In this document: positions 9,914 through 21,852 of the stretch, in pieces
Layout: the number at the start of each line of letters is the position of its first letter
Numbering within the stretch: position 1 is the first letter of the stretch
Assembly: GCA_002633005.1 (NCBI GenBank)
Contig: NMRA01000112.1
Location: forward strand, 488,437-552,436
DNA: 64,000 nt
Direction: 5' to 3'
Origin: Phoronis australis
Lineage: Eukaryota > Animalia > Phoronida
Position numbers and translations under genes: made by a program
Notes under the pieces: model-generated
What the model was told of the DNA's origin: nothing
The model's database searches: none
The model's input: the letters and a program-made list of their open reading frames with translations, nothing else

Positions 9914-12900
9914 CTGAAATTGCAAAACAGGATAGATAACTCACTCTACGAAATCAGTTTAATGAATAATAGTTAAACAGACTCTCAGACACAATCAATT
10001 TTGATGCCATAGGATGTCTGCCTTGTTGATATCTGGCCAGATTTTAATTTGTGCAGCTGCTGAAATATTGAAATAAAATCAAATTGACGGATTTTACATA
10101 AGTGCGTTTCGGTTCATCGTAGTCAAAAGCGACGCAGTGTGAATTTGAACACAAACCAGTGTAGTCAAATTTTTTTTCCAATTGATTATTTCCTCAGGGC
10201 GTCACTTTTTTCGAAAGAAACTGAAATGAACATGGGGTGATGATTTTTTTTTATTTTATGAGAGTGTACGTAAATGGCAGCCAATGCTAATTGAAACCAA
10301 ACGTGAATTCGTAATATTGTGTAAAAAAACACAGGGCTATGGTTTACGAAGTATATGAATATTTAAACAAGAGCATTTCGTGAATTATTGAATTTTTCGT
10401 CTTTGGGTTGGTGAGGCTCGTGCTGTGTTCTAAATTGGCAAGAAAAAAGAAAAAAAGAATTATAAGATATCGACTCAGATGTTAAAGCCAACCACTTTCC
10501 AATGTCTTTATAATATGATAAACCACTAAACACAAACCCCGGCAGAAGTGATAAGACAAGAATACAAACGCATAAAAATCATCAAATCGAGTAACGTTAT
10601 TGATTTAATTGTTTGTTACGATCGCTAGTTTTATCGTTGAACAACCACATAGAAATCTATTAATCATAATATTTCCCGCGGAAATCCCAGATTAACCAGA
10701 TAACCTGCCGGTAATTAATCTACGAGAAATGTTCTATTGTTTCAAAACTGTCATAAGTATTCTTTTATCAGCTATGTATAACCGAGTAAGCAAATTCCCA
10801 GAAGCTTGACCAAGCCAATAGGCACTTGACGATTTTAACGGTCCTTGACTGTGATTACAGAATTAATGTTTCGATCGGAAATCGTGTAAACCGCACAGAT
10901 GTGATCTGGTTCAGATGGGCTGAGTAATTATGCCAATATTTGATCAAATTTAAAGTACCAAATGTCACTGATAACAACAGTGTATGTTTTATAAAGATAT
11001 CTTCTGGTGTAATATATGACAAACTTTAAATATCTTTTATCAAAAAATATTTTGTAAATTATTTTCACACACTACAAAAAAAATAATTATCACCAAAGCC
11101 TAGACGTCTTAAAAATGAAGATGTAACGTAACGATTCGAGTTTAAAAGTTGCTCTTTTTACAACGGTGTCATACCACGTGTTTCTATTGGCGAGAAATCA
11201 GAAAAAACTGCTTTAGTTCGGAATATTGTTTCTACCGGAGGAAGTTGGAGTTCAGTACTCTACGGTCACACTAGGGACGTCTTCAATTTTGTGAGTTTTT
11301 ACTCTAGCTAACCGGAAAACACAGTGAGAATTTCCGAGTTTGAAATAGAGGCACTGGTTCTGCATTACACACAGCGCCATTTTCGGCGCATGGAATGTTG
11401 TCGTTTGGAGGGTGGTGAATATTACGTTCATCAGACTAAAACAACGTATCCATGAACAAGTCACAGCCAGTTCAAACGCCGTTTTTAGGCTCACGGAGAC
11501 AACGCAACACAGAATTGACTATAGACATGCTGAAAATACCTAGTCTATGACTCCTTATCCCTGAACCTCCGTTTCTACGTTAACACCAACTCGACCGGTT
11601 TGTGAGCCTCAAATTCTGCAGCAAAGATCAAAGATTTCACCACGCAGTTGCCTCAGGCTGCTTATATTATCGTTCTTTAGATAATTAGACCCATCATAAA
11701 CACGCTGGGGGCGATGAATTTATTTTTTAATTTTTGGTTTTGGAAAGTTTTAAATAGCATATTTGAATAGTTTGTGAAAAGTACACGTGGTTTGCTGCTT
11801 GAAGTTTGAAAATCGGACAAGAATTGTGATTCTTACAACTAATGTTGTCAGTATCTTGCTTCTCATCATTATTTGGGCCAATTACTAAACCAGCAGACAG
11901 CAGTTGGATTTTGAGGCAACCCAAGTGTCATCGTACAGTTCTTGGCATTTCATCACATGCTAAGTCACTGCTGATTCATGAGCTCAATTCCGTTTAAAAA
12001 TAATGTTACATTAACACAGCTACACCTGTGGCCTTGACGTTCTATGATTCTCACCAGTTATGAGCACCATAGTCTTCTGTAGAACCATTTATTAGTCAGC
12101 GTATAGTCTATGACAGAAGTTCAGAAATGGTAATATTCTCGTGAGATGTTTTGTCGTTTTATTTCTATTGCAACAGGCAGGTACCTCGTCCAAAGGTTAG
12201 GAATGACTTCACTTCTAATCTAACTAAGGGACAATTAAACATTAATTTTAGCGATTCGCCCCTTATATAATAGGTTTTTCATTGTAAGCGGGTTCATAGT
12301 TGGTGTCTGTTTTAAAAAACAACACTTTCGAAAGCTGCCTGGTTTGTGCCACTCTCAGATAAGTGACAACAAAAGCCATTTGCTTGAGTTAACGCTGCTA
12401 AAACTCGACTTCCAACACAAAACAACTTTTGGTTTAGAACACTTTCTGTTATCGGGCAAGTTGAAGATGATTTCAGGATTTTGAATGAACTGGCATTTCG
12501 CTAGTACTTGAGATCAAGCTTTACAAGATGGCTTTAGAAGTTGGTTTGTCATGGCGAGTTATTTTATGCGTCGAGCATGTTCTCGCGGAATAACGAACTT
12601 CAGTTCTTTACGAATTCACAACTCCCTTCTCCTCTGAATAAGGACCAAATTGTGGTCAATTATAAAACGAAAAGTAGTTTGAAAGTTCGCTTGTTTGATG
12701 GAACTCGGTTTATAGCCGCTTTAACAGCTACATGTACTTCCGTCAATTATATTTTGTCATAAAAAGCGAACAATGTCTCTTTAAAAATGAATGTTTCTGT
12801 GCTGTCTGAATCTCTTATTTTAGTGGGAGACTAAACGGATCAAAGGCATGCGTGAGTGATCAGGTTTGGCAAATAAATGCAAATAGGCTAAAGGCACTGG

Positions 12901-13558
12901 TTGCGTGTTTCAATCACGACGGTTATAACAGATACCGAGTAGCAAAGCTCGTGCACTTTTTCATAGTTGAAATTAACCTTATCAATTATTATGCAGTCCC
13001 TGTAATTTAATAGTCAGATGATATGACAAACAATTCTTGACGACCTTTTGCTTTTGCAGCTTACTGTCGTCGTCATTAGGATTTTGATGTATTGAGGTAC
13101 AATTTAGTAAGTATTACTTCAATTATGTGGGCTCAAGTTGACAAGAAGCTCAATAACTTGCGTGCTTTCCATTTTGAAAGGAAAGACTGAACATCGGACG
13201 TAGGCTTCTTCATGTTCACCAGTTAGTCTGACATTCGTCATGTGCGCAGTACTAAAACATGAGACGTATGTCCAGTAGTGTACTCGCATCAAAAGTGCAG
13301 ACGAGGTGCGACACAAAATTAAATTCCCTACGAAACTGTACTCTTTGAGACTTACGGCCAGGTTTACTGAAATTGCTACTATCTGTAAACGTTACTGCTA
13401 TACAACTCTGCGAAAGGATGACTTTATCAACTGAAGATATCTACGTAGGCGCCACCTTTTCTTTGTCCACTTTCCAACCAAGTTGCACATGCCGCAACAA
13501 TAGCGGAGTTTCCCTGTAATACACTCACGAAAGTATAAAGTAGCAAAAAGTAACTTAC

Positions 13559-13629
13559 CTAATGGAGGCGCATTTTGCCAGTCCAATAATTCCTACACAG
13601 CAGACGATGAATGTTCGCGTGATGTCCAT
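13559..13629 (-). CDS. Peptide precursor, coding exon 1 (signal peptide)
   Basis: Exon 13640-13559 (ttttgtattttcag| ... ag|gtaagt). ATG at 13629 gives MDITRTFIVCCVGIIGLAKCASI, a hydrophobic core with a plausible A-K-C cleavage site. The phase-2 donor matches all downstream exons. Confidence 0.82.
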
Positions 13630-16600
13630 TTCCAACTACTCTGAAAATACAAAACCACAAAATTACGATAAATTTAGCAAACTTCAAAAGCACAATTACA
13701 AAAAAGAATTCTGCTACACGACCACAGAGCAAGGAGTAGATTCTAGAGTTTTTAATGAAATATTTTGCTACGGCGCTTGTAAAATTCACTGTTTCTCTGA
13801 AACTATAAAGGTAATATTATTTTACATTTCAAATCCAAAAGGATAATCTCAGTCTCACTGCCGGTTACACTGGCGCTTTCTTGCAAATGTGCCTGCCTTA
13901 CTATAGTTCACAACATTAATCACTGATTACTGTCTATCAAGAGCCTCATTAAGTATAACCTGGCTTGTGAAATCACTGCTCGCTTCAAGGATGTGTAAAT
14001 GTCAGTGTTTGTGACAATATTTGCCCAAGAATGTCAAAGTTTCCGAGTTTGTACAATAGAGATATATCAGAAAAACAAGTGTATATAATTGTTGGCGTCG
14101 AAACTGTTAGAAATTTTGCGTAGTACAGTCGCAGTTCGCCGACGGAGACGTGCACTTAAGTTATCTTACAGACGCGGAGGATGTTTGAAAGTCTCAGTTT
14201 TGCGGGGGAAATTCCACTTATTTACACGTATTGTAAATTAGTTTAAGTTTAGTGTTGATGCTATCCTGTTTGTTTATTTCCTTCGCTACAGTCATTCCAA
14301 TTGTTTCATGAGATTAGTTTTTTGCTTTGACATTTAAAGATTGCGTTTATTAATCGCCCAAAATCTACTTTTTTGTGGCACAGATCCTATTAAGGTGCGT
14401 CATATCATGCATAAAGTTGTTTCGGCGTGTTATTGTAGAGTTCAGAGTAAAATATCGCTGAAAGGTCCGAAAACATCCTGCAGGTAGGGATTGCTACGCG
14501 TGTCTGAGTTTTCGTTTGAATGTCTGTCTCGCATTAGCTAAGGCACGACACTTTTCTAAGAAGCCACGCGTGCATTCTGTAGACGAAATACCTCAAGAAA
14601 ATGTAAGATCCTGCAAGACTTCGCGAGATATCGTCATGTATTAAAAGCGAGCCATGTGATCACGCTAGTTTCTTTCGCGAAATGCATGCATCTACGAAAC
14701 TAAAACGTTAAATAGACCTAGTTTCTTAGCAGGCACTGTACTGGGTTTTGCCTGGCAGTGCACACGTCAAAGAATTTCATGCCTGACTGGCGAAAACTCT
14801 CTAACAGCATCGAAAGTTTTGAGTGGTTTCACATCAAAACCGCTCTGCTTGACAACAGAAACTTTTCCTCCGAAAGAGGTTGCGAAAAAAGGAAAATTGT
14901 CAGTTTCATGCAGCCCCAAACCACCGTTTTCCTGCCAATGCTTGACAAAAGCCAATCTATTGTTCTGAAAGAAAATTTTCTTCAGATTCTAAAAATGGAC
15001 TTTAAAACTATTATCGCCTGACTAGATTTTTTTTTGAAATTCTGTTTTGTATGAGCGCAACCTAAAATCGGTGCAAATTTCCCAGTTGCTACGGAGATAT
15101 ACAGCACAAGTATAGTTGGCGCCATTTTGAAGGAAGTGTATCTATAGCCGAACTAATGATTTTTTCTCATTTCCAATATGTTCCCTATTACAACCAAACC
15201 AGATTTTAAACCTAATGGTAATGCCTGCTTTAAATTTTCCGCCAAATCTGGCCTACCCCAAATACTTAATTTAACAAAACCCCTGCTGAATATGATAACG
15301 TGTCCCACGACATGTGACACTGCTTCAAAGATAATTAATTTATCATTGAAATGTTGACTTTACAGATTGTTTCTAAATAAATTTACTTGATTAGGTTATC
15401 AAATATTTTCTTAATTGTCTTAATTAATTTACAAGTTGTACCATTTCAAGCACTCGAAAGCCCACGTCAAATATGAATTTAAATTATGTTTAATATCGGA
15501 AATGTTACGCATTTAATCCGGAGAAGCCCATCTGTACACATATTGATCACAAAAATTAATACTTTATTAATATACTATAAACTGTGGAAATTACGGCATA
15601 CTAAGTCTATAAGAAATAAAGTTAATCTGTTTAAACTTCCTTAAAGACCAGGGAGGTACTTAGGTTAAGGCTGGGCAGTTTACACTCCTATGATCAACCC
15701 TTTTTGATCATTTTAGTGAAAACTGCGATTAAAAATCGATAACAACTCCGGAACCGCTTGCATAAGAATAAGTCTGATGACGTAAATAATGACATCACAC
15801 AATTGCACATGTATCACATTTCCCTTTTGTTGAATCATTGTTTGTTGCGTCAGACAACAAACAGCGCCACCCAGCTTACAATTGCTTTCATGAAGTCCAG
15901 GATTGCATTCCGAAGAGCAAGTTCTCTGCTAGAAAAATGACACCACACAAGTCTCCACGAAATATCGCCGCGCAGACCAGGGCCGAGTAGCACAAAGCTT
16001 CAAAAGTTATCCGCTGGATAAGTTTGATTGTTGCATGAGTCAGGTGCATTGTTCAAGAATAACAACGTGACGCGTGATAATACGACGTCATTGTTGCTTA
16101 ACGGCGTATAATTTTTATGTATCTGGGCCCAGGTCACCACTGTGAGTTACATGAGGTTTCAGTCGTCAACACGGTGTTGGCGTCAGGGGAAATTTAGACA
16201 CTGAATTGTTACCAATTTGAAAGGAAGACACCAGGGCATGGTCTATAGCGGCAGCTAAGAATTACCGTCGACCATTATTTATTGTTAACGTTATCACACA
16301 CAAAGATGGATATGTATTTTGATTTTTTACCAATCTGCCATTAATTTGCTCACGTAACCATGTTAGAAAAAAATCAGAAAAAAGAACGTCACTTGGTATC
16401 AATTACACAACCAAGTTTCGTTAATATAAATTTTCAACAGTTTTCTAAAGTAGCATTCCGTTGCAACTTTTGATTTTTTCATGAATATTATAAAAGCATC
16501 AATTTTGGTACTGCCTCATGCAAACGTCGACCAATTTAAACAATTCTTAAATGCGTTTTGGAGAATCGTGTATCTGAAAGTTTATGGTAAATTTAATAAG

Positions 16601-16684
16601 CCACTTCTGATATATGATGTTTCAAAATCAGCCAAACTCGGAAATTTTTCAAGGTCCTACATAATTTTAAAATTATTTACTTAC

Positions 16685-16778
16685 CAACGGATGAATCTAT
16701 TGATATATTCCACAAGTCGAGCTGGTCCAATTTTAATCAAACTATTATGTGAACGTCTTAGTCAATCTACCTTTTATG
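16685..16778 (-). promoter_or_regulatory. Candidate core promoter and non-coding first exon of the peptide-precursor gene
   Basis: CATAAAAG at 16778-16771, Inr-like TAGTT near 16743, then an ATG-free ~59-nt stretch ending in the strong donor ttg|gtaagt at 16685. The exon at 13640 has an acceptor and so needs an upstream exon. Confidence 0.4.
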
Positions 16779-18300
16779 CAGTTGCAACGCCACCGCGCGA
16801 TTGAACGTCACACACTTTAAGGAAATGCGCGTGCGCTTGACCGAGACGATTCAATATTGACTTTTTTCAAACGCCTTGTTACCGTTCCCATCAAGCGTGT
16901 AGTTCCGGTACTTGAAGTAACTCCAGGTTTCTTGTAGAGTCTTAATGACGCAGACGACCGTCTTTGACCGGAATAGAGGGTGTCGTCCTCTTGACTAAAC
17001 CAACCAATTGTTTAAATAAATGATAAGAAGTGTGAGACGTTGACCGTATGACGCAACGAGTAGCATTTTGTCGAATATTTATAACAGTAGTGTATCAATG
17101 ATACTTGGCTAAAGCGCAACGGTCTAGTAAACTAAGTATTTATATATCAGGGTATAATAAGTTTTACGGTTAAAAACGCACTTTTAGGATTATTTTTGGA
17201 TGAGGTAGAGGTTTTGAACTCATTAGCTTTGTCCAGAGCCATAAAACGACCAACTCTGTTATGTTTGAAATTTACAACAAATCACTGTTGTCTGCAGCTC
17301 ATACATTCGGTGAAATAAGGCTGGCACTTTTACCAGTGAATAAGCTTTAAATATTAAATGGGGTTTACAGGAACATTATCGTTTTTGCTCCCGAAAAACG
17401 CAATTTTGAGGTTATTGTTGAATGGAGTAGATTTCTTGATGTTATAAGCTTTGACCAGTGTCACAAAGCATCAAAATCGGTTGTGTCAGAATGAGTATTT
17501 GTTACGTATATGTAATTTGTAAGGAATCGCCACAAAATAGGTGTCTAATCTTTTGGTGCTATCGTGTTTACAAACGACTTTATCTAAAACATGCATCACC
17601 AGTTTATTTCTCTTATCTTTTATTCATTTTATTTACTGCTTAACATGTTTCATGTTTGTTGCCAATCACTTATACGTACTGTGAAAATATATACAGGATA
17701 TGAAATTATTTTAGTTTGTTAAAAGGGGCTGTGAACCTGACACCAAATTTTGACTTAAACCACTTACAAGTAGGAAACTGGTCTGAAATTGTTCTTTGAT
17801 AAAATTAAAGATGATTCCAGGGCTCCGACAGCGCAGCTTGTTATTGCTACAAGACTGTTGACTTCTCATGGCACGTCATTTTATGCGCCGCGCACGGTCT
17901 CAAGGAACAACGAATTCTTCATTCTTTGCCTGCCCACATACCACCTCCCATCTGAGTAAGGAACAAGTTGAGACCAATTTTGTAGCGGCAAGTCAAAAGT
18001 TAGCTTGTCGGACAGAACGCGGGACTATGTCCGGAAATATTTTACTTCAGAAGCTGAGTCAGGGTAGTTTTGTCCATGGTCGCCACTCATTTCAGACCAA
18101 TATTTGGGTTGATTTCCGTAGGCGCAAGAATCTCACTAGGCAAGCTGCTGCATTGTGTAAAACGACACGTCATAACTTTGTCTCCAAATTAAACAACTTC
18201 TTGGACGGGCCACACAAAGTGTAAATTGTTCGGTTCTATCAACATTGTTTTAATTACTCCATCTCAGCAACAAGCTGGTTCAATCAATGGAGGTACCACT

Positions 18301-18442
18301 CATGGGCGGCGTACCATAGGAGGATGGGGAGCTGTAGCCCCCATTTTTTCAGGACTGCACCGCTCATGGTCTATGGGTGGTGCACCACAGGGGGCTGGGG
18401 GTTATAGACCCCCCCACTTATTTCATTGCTGCAACGCCCATG
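18301..18442. mobile_element. 142-bp hAT-type MITE
   Basis: TIR catgggcg/cgcccatg flanked by a perfect 8-bp TSD gtaccact (18293-18300 and 18443-18450). Confidence 0.88.
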
Positions 18443-18688
18443 GTACCACTAAACTGCATTTTTACGTTACTGAAACCGGTCGGCATACGAACAAAATTTC
18501 ATTGTTCTTAATTCAGTATAACTTTTACACGGTAACCGGCCAAGCCATCTAATTGGTCTGTAAGCCGAAAGCTGTCATCGAGAGGCAACCAGATGTGAGT
18601 CACTTGCCGACATTGGCCAATGGTTGTCCAAAAGAAGAATGGAAGTGCTTAACTGCTAGATCATTTTGAATTAACGCACAAATATGCC

Positions 18689-18932
18689 TTAAAGTGGAAC
18701 TTGCACGCTAATTTCTTATCTCTGTGATTGCTTGGCCAATTTAGTTAGAAACACAACATATAGCAACGATTATGAAGTAGGTCGAAAATTGCCAAATGTT
18801 TTTAAGAACGAGTTTTGTGTCGAAGATGATCCGCCGTAAATCACACAACCGTATGCAGTAAGTATCGTAACGTGGTGTTGGGGAATAACACTGCATGATG
18901 CGGGATATGTGAGCCCCCTAGGCACGTCATTA
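18689..18932 (+). mobile_element. Terminal fragment of a dispersed DNA-transposon-like repeat (TTAA-flanked, Kolobok-like)
   Basis: Starts ttaa|agtggaacttgca; a diverged reverse-complement copy lies at 51744-51976. Confidence 0.6.
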
Positions 18933-19687
18933 GTCTAATGTCACCTACTTGCAGATTTTTTTGTTTTCACATTGACAAGTTGTCAGTGAATACCACTGCA
19001 CTTTGTTTTGCGTAGATGATGCTCAAATAGCATTGTCGTTTAGTTTCTGCTGTGCGTGTACATTAGCACAGTTAGGAACATGCAAACACACCTTTAATGC
19101 CCTCATCGTGTAGTCTTCGCAAATTTGATACCTGAGCATCAGGTGCACGTCTGGCGCTTTTTGGTTAACATGCACCTAACCATATTGTTCTCACAAGCTA
19201 TATTATATATTCTGGAAATCGCGAGACATTACTACTCCCTAAGGTTCAGATGTTTTGAAGGGGTTTAAGTGTTGAAGCTGTCTTTCTGAATATAAAAAGC
19301 TGGTCTAATTTTCTCTTGAAATCTGTGCATGGTGTGCGTAGTATGGTAAGGCTCTTGTTTTCAAATGTTACACGTATCGTCTGCACGCATTTTAAAATGC
19401 ACACAATGCACGGATTTCCAGAGAAATCTAGATCATGTTTTCAAAGCCATAAAGACAACTTTAAGAGAATGCTTGCCCCTTCCTCCATACCCCGTAACTT
19501 CAGGATTATGTCTCAGTACTCGTCTGGTAATATAACCGCTGGCAAGGAAATAGTTTTGGTGCATGCTAGTAAAGTCAGATTTAAAAGAACTGCACCTCGC
19601 CTTCCCTAACAAAAATGACCGAGGTCCCTAAAGCATAAATCCAGAACTTTGAAGCTTTATGATGTGTACATGTATAACAACTTTATC

Positions 19688-20125
19688 TTGCAAGTAGTTT
19701 ATACCGTTCAATCCGCCATCTTTTTATCACATCACGCGACCTAATGTATATAAGTCCGAAAAGTTTTCGGCCCCCGACAGGGACTCGAACCCAGGACTTT
19801 CTGCTAACCGTGCAGACGCTCTAGCCACTGAGCCATCGGGACCACTGGTCAGACACAGAAATCCAATCGGACTTAGTAGTGGGCATCTTGCACCATGATC
19901 TCCATTGTGTATGTAAATATCTTTTTCAGTGAGGCGTGGAATATGTTGCAAGTAGTTTGTCCCGTTCAGTCCGCCGTCTTTTTGATCACATCACGTGACC
20001 TAATGTATATAAGTCCGAAAATATTTCTGCTCCCGACCGGGACTCGAGCCCAGGACCTTCTGCTAACCGTGCAGACGTTCTAGTCACTGAGCCATCGGGA
20101 CCACTGGTCAGACACAGAAATCCAA
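19688..20125 (-). repeat. Tandem dimer (259-bp period) of a tRNA-derived repeat
   Basis: Units start at 19688 and about 19946; each contains a tRNA-like cloverleaf with A and B boxes on the minus strand. Confidence 0.85.
19771..19842 (-). pseudogene. tRNA-like sequence (pseudo-tRNA/SINE head; nominal anticodon GGT)
   Basis: gtcccga-tg-gctc-agtggcta-gagc-g-tctgc-acggtta-gcaga-aagtc-ctggg-ttcgagt-ccctg-tcggggg. A box TGGCTCAGTGG, B box GGTTCGAGTCC. Lacks U33 and has a 1:72 mismatch. A more degenerate copy lies at 20030-20101. Confidence 0.75.
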
Positions 20126-21436
20126 AGTTTGGCTAAGAACATTAACAAGAATGGAACAACCACCATCTACGTTCTGTAATTTATTTCATTTGAAAGACTT
20201 TACATCCGGGCTCTAAGCACCCATCATATTCGGAGTCTGACAAATGAATTTATAGACAGCCTCTATTTCAAGCCACGAAGTTGTACAAGGATAAGGAAAC
20301 CCATATGCATCCTAAGACGACTGCTGCAGGAAACCGCATGAAGGCCACAGAGGCTGAAACGGAAATGTACAATCTCGGTTACAAACTTGAAAAGAAATCA
20401 TGTTTTGTCCTACACGACTAGTTTGCTCTAATATCTATTCTGCAGTGACTCACCAACTCAATGCGGTTTTAGAAGGGTATCTTTTACAGGATATATGTCG
20501 ACATGTACACAAAAATATTCCTAAATATGAAGTACCAGAAAACGGATTCACACGGAACTTATGGTGCTCTTTCGTTCCAGCAATCCAAAGTTTGTTTGCT
20601 TGTTTTGCAGAGCATACAGATAGCAAACTGTCAACGAGTTGTGTGTACAACAAAGAAATTTAAAATTTTGGCTAAAAACACAAACCGCCTTTCGTACACA
20701 GCGCATATGTTGTACGTTGTGCTTGTTTTTTGGATCATTTGAAAGCTGAGATCTGTTTTTGTAAAGATTAAATAAATCCTTCGTTGTTTCCGTCATTTAG
20801 AATCTAATGTGATTTTACAACTTCAGTGCGTTGCAAAACTGCATGCTGGGCTTTCTGAACTAGGAAAAACACCGCCAATTCCTAGAAGACTATTTCCTGG
20901 TAACCTTCTTCATACCTGGAGCATGATTGTATTTGTATTGTGACACTCTGTTAGCTCTTTTCTAAGTTAAATTCATATGTCTACAGACATAATCAGGTCT
21001 GGTTTCACACTTATGCAAGAAGGGAATTATGGACCTACCCAGTGACGAATACTCGAGGCCTCCACAATATAAAATGTAGAGGCCCGACAATTTCACCTGC
21101 TCGCTAAATATTTCGACCTACTCCTCCTACTAGCCACAATAATTCCCACCGGAGTCATCAACCCTCCCCCCTCCCCGTTCACCACAATGTTCTTTCCACC
21201 CCAATCCAGGCCCTAAGCCGAGGCTAATTTAGCCCAACGGACGATCTGGGCCGGTAATAGTCGGATATACAGTGCCCGCTTTTTGAGAACTAGTTTTCTC
21301 CACTGAATAACGGGCATCAGTTGATTCTGACTATTGCTCCCGTGTATCTCCTGGCATCGTCAAATTTTGAAGATGCCTCCTCTTCAGTGCATTAAAGCGG
21401 GGTGGAAAAAACACTAATTTCCATTATTCAAAGTGG

Positions 21437-21686
21437 TTAAATTCCACTGAAACACAAGTCAAACTGTTCATCAAATATTTTTATGGTTTGTTCGTAGAAA
21501 ATTTGAATTTCCGTTGATGTCGAAGCATTTTTCCTTTAGCTTCAAATTTCGAAAAAGAGATCTGTCAACTGCTCTTCATTTCGTCGATTTTTCTCCCACA
21601 CGGCAAAGCACGTATCATTATTTGGTGTGGCAAGACATATACGTAGCACATTTCCCTAATATGGAAAATGTGACCTTTGACCTTTG
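21437..21686 (+). repeat. Dispersed repeat fragment
   Basis: Diverged direct copy at 32840-33115 (shared gatctgtcaact...ggcaagacat...gaaaatgtgacctttga). Confidence 0.7.
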
Positions 21687-21852
21687 ATTTCATTTCGATT
21701 TCAGGTAGCTGCCTGACTAACTCCTTTGAGCGCATACGCGCATTTATATTTATTAAGGGCGGAGAGTTTGAAAACGGTTAGGGATGAACGTTTACTTTAA
21801 ATTAGGTTTGTTTCAAAAAATTTTGAATAAAATTGTCGGATTCAGTATTTAA

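Noticed and set aside
11837-11884. Possible extra minus-strand exon (VIGPNNDEKQDTDNIS)
   Set aside because: Open in phase 1 but has a stop in the phase 2 required by the flanking exons.
19771-19842. Functional tRNA-Thr(GGT) gene
   Set aside because: No U33, 1:72 and T-stem mismatches, and degenerate repeated copies.
20190-20240. Second hammerhead/Penelope-end-like motif
   Set aside because: The core is too degenerate and no GIY-YIG or RT relic could be read next to it.
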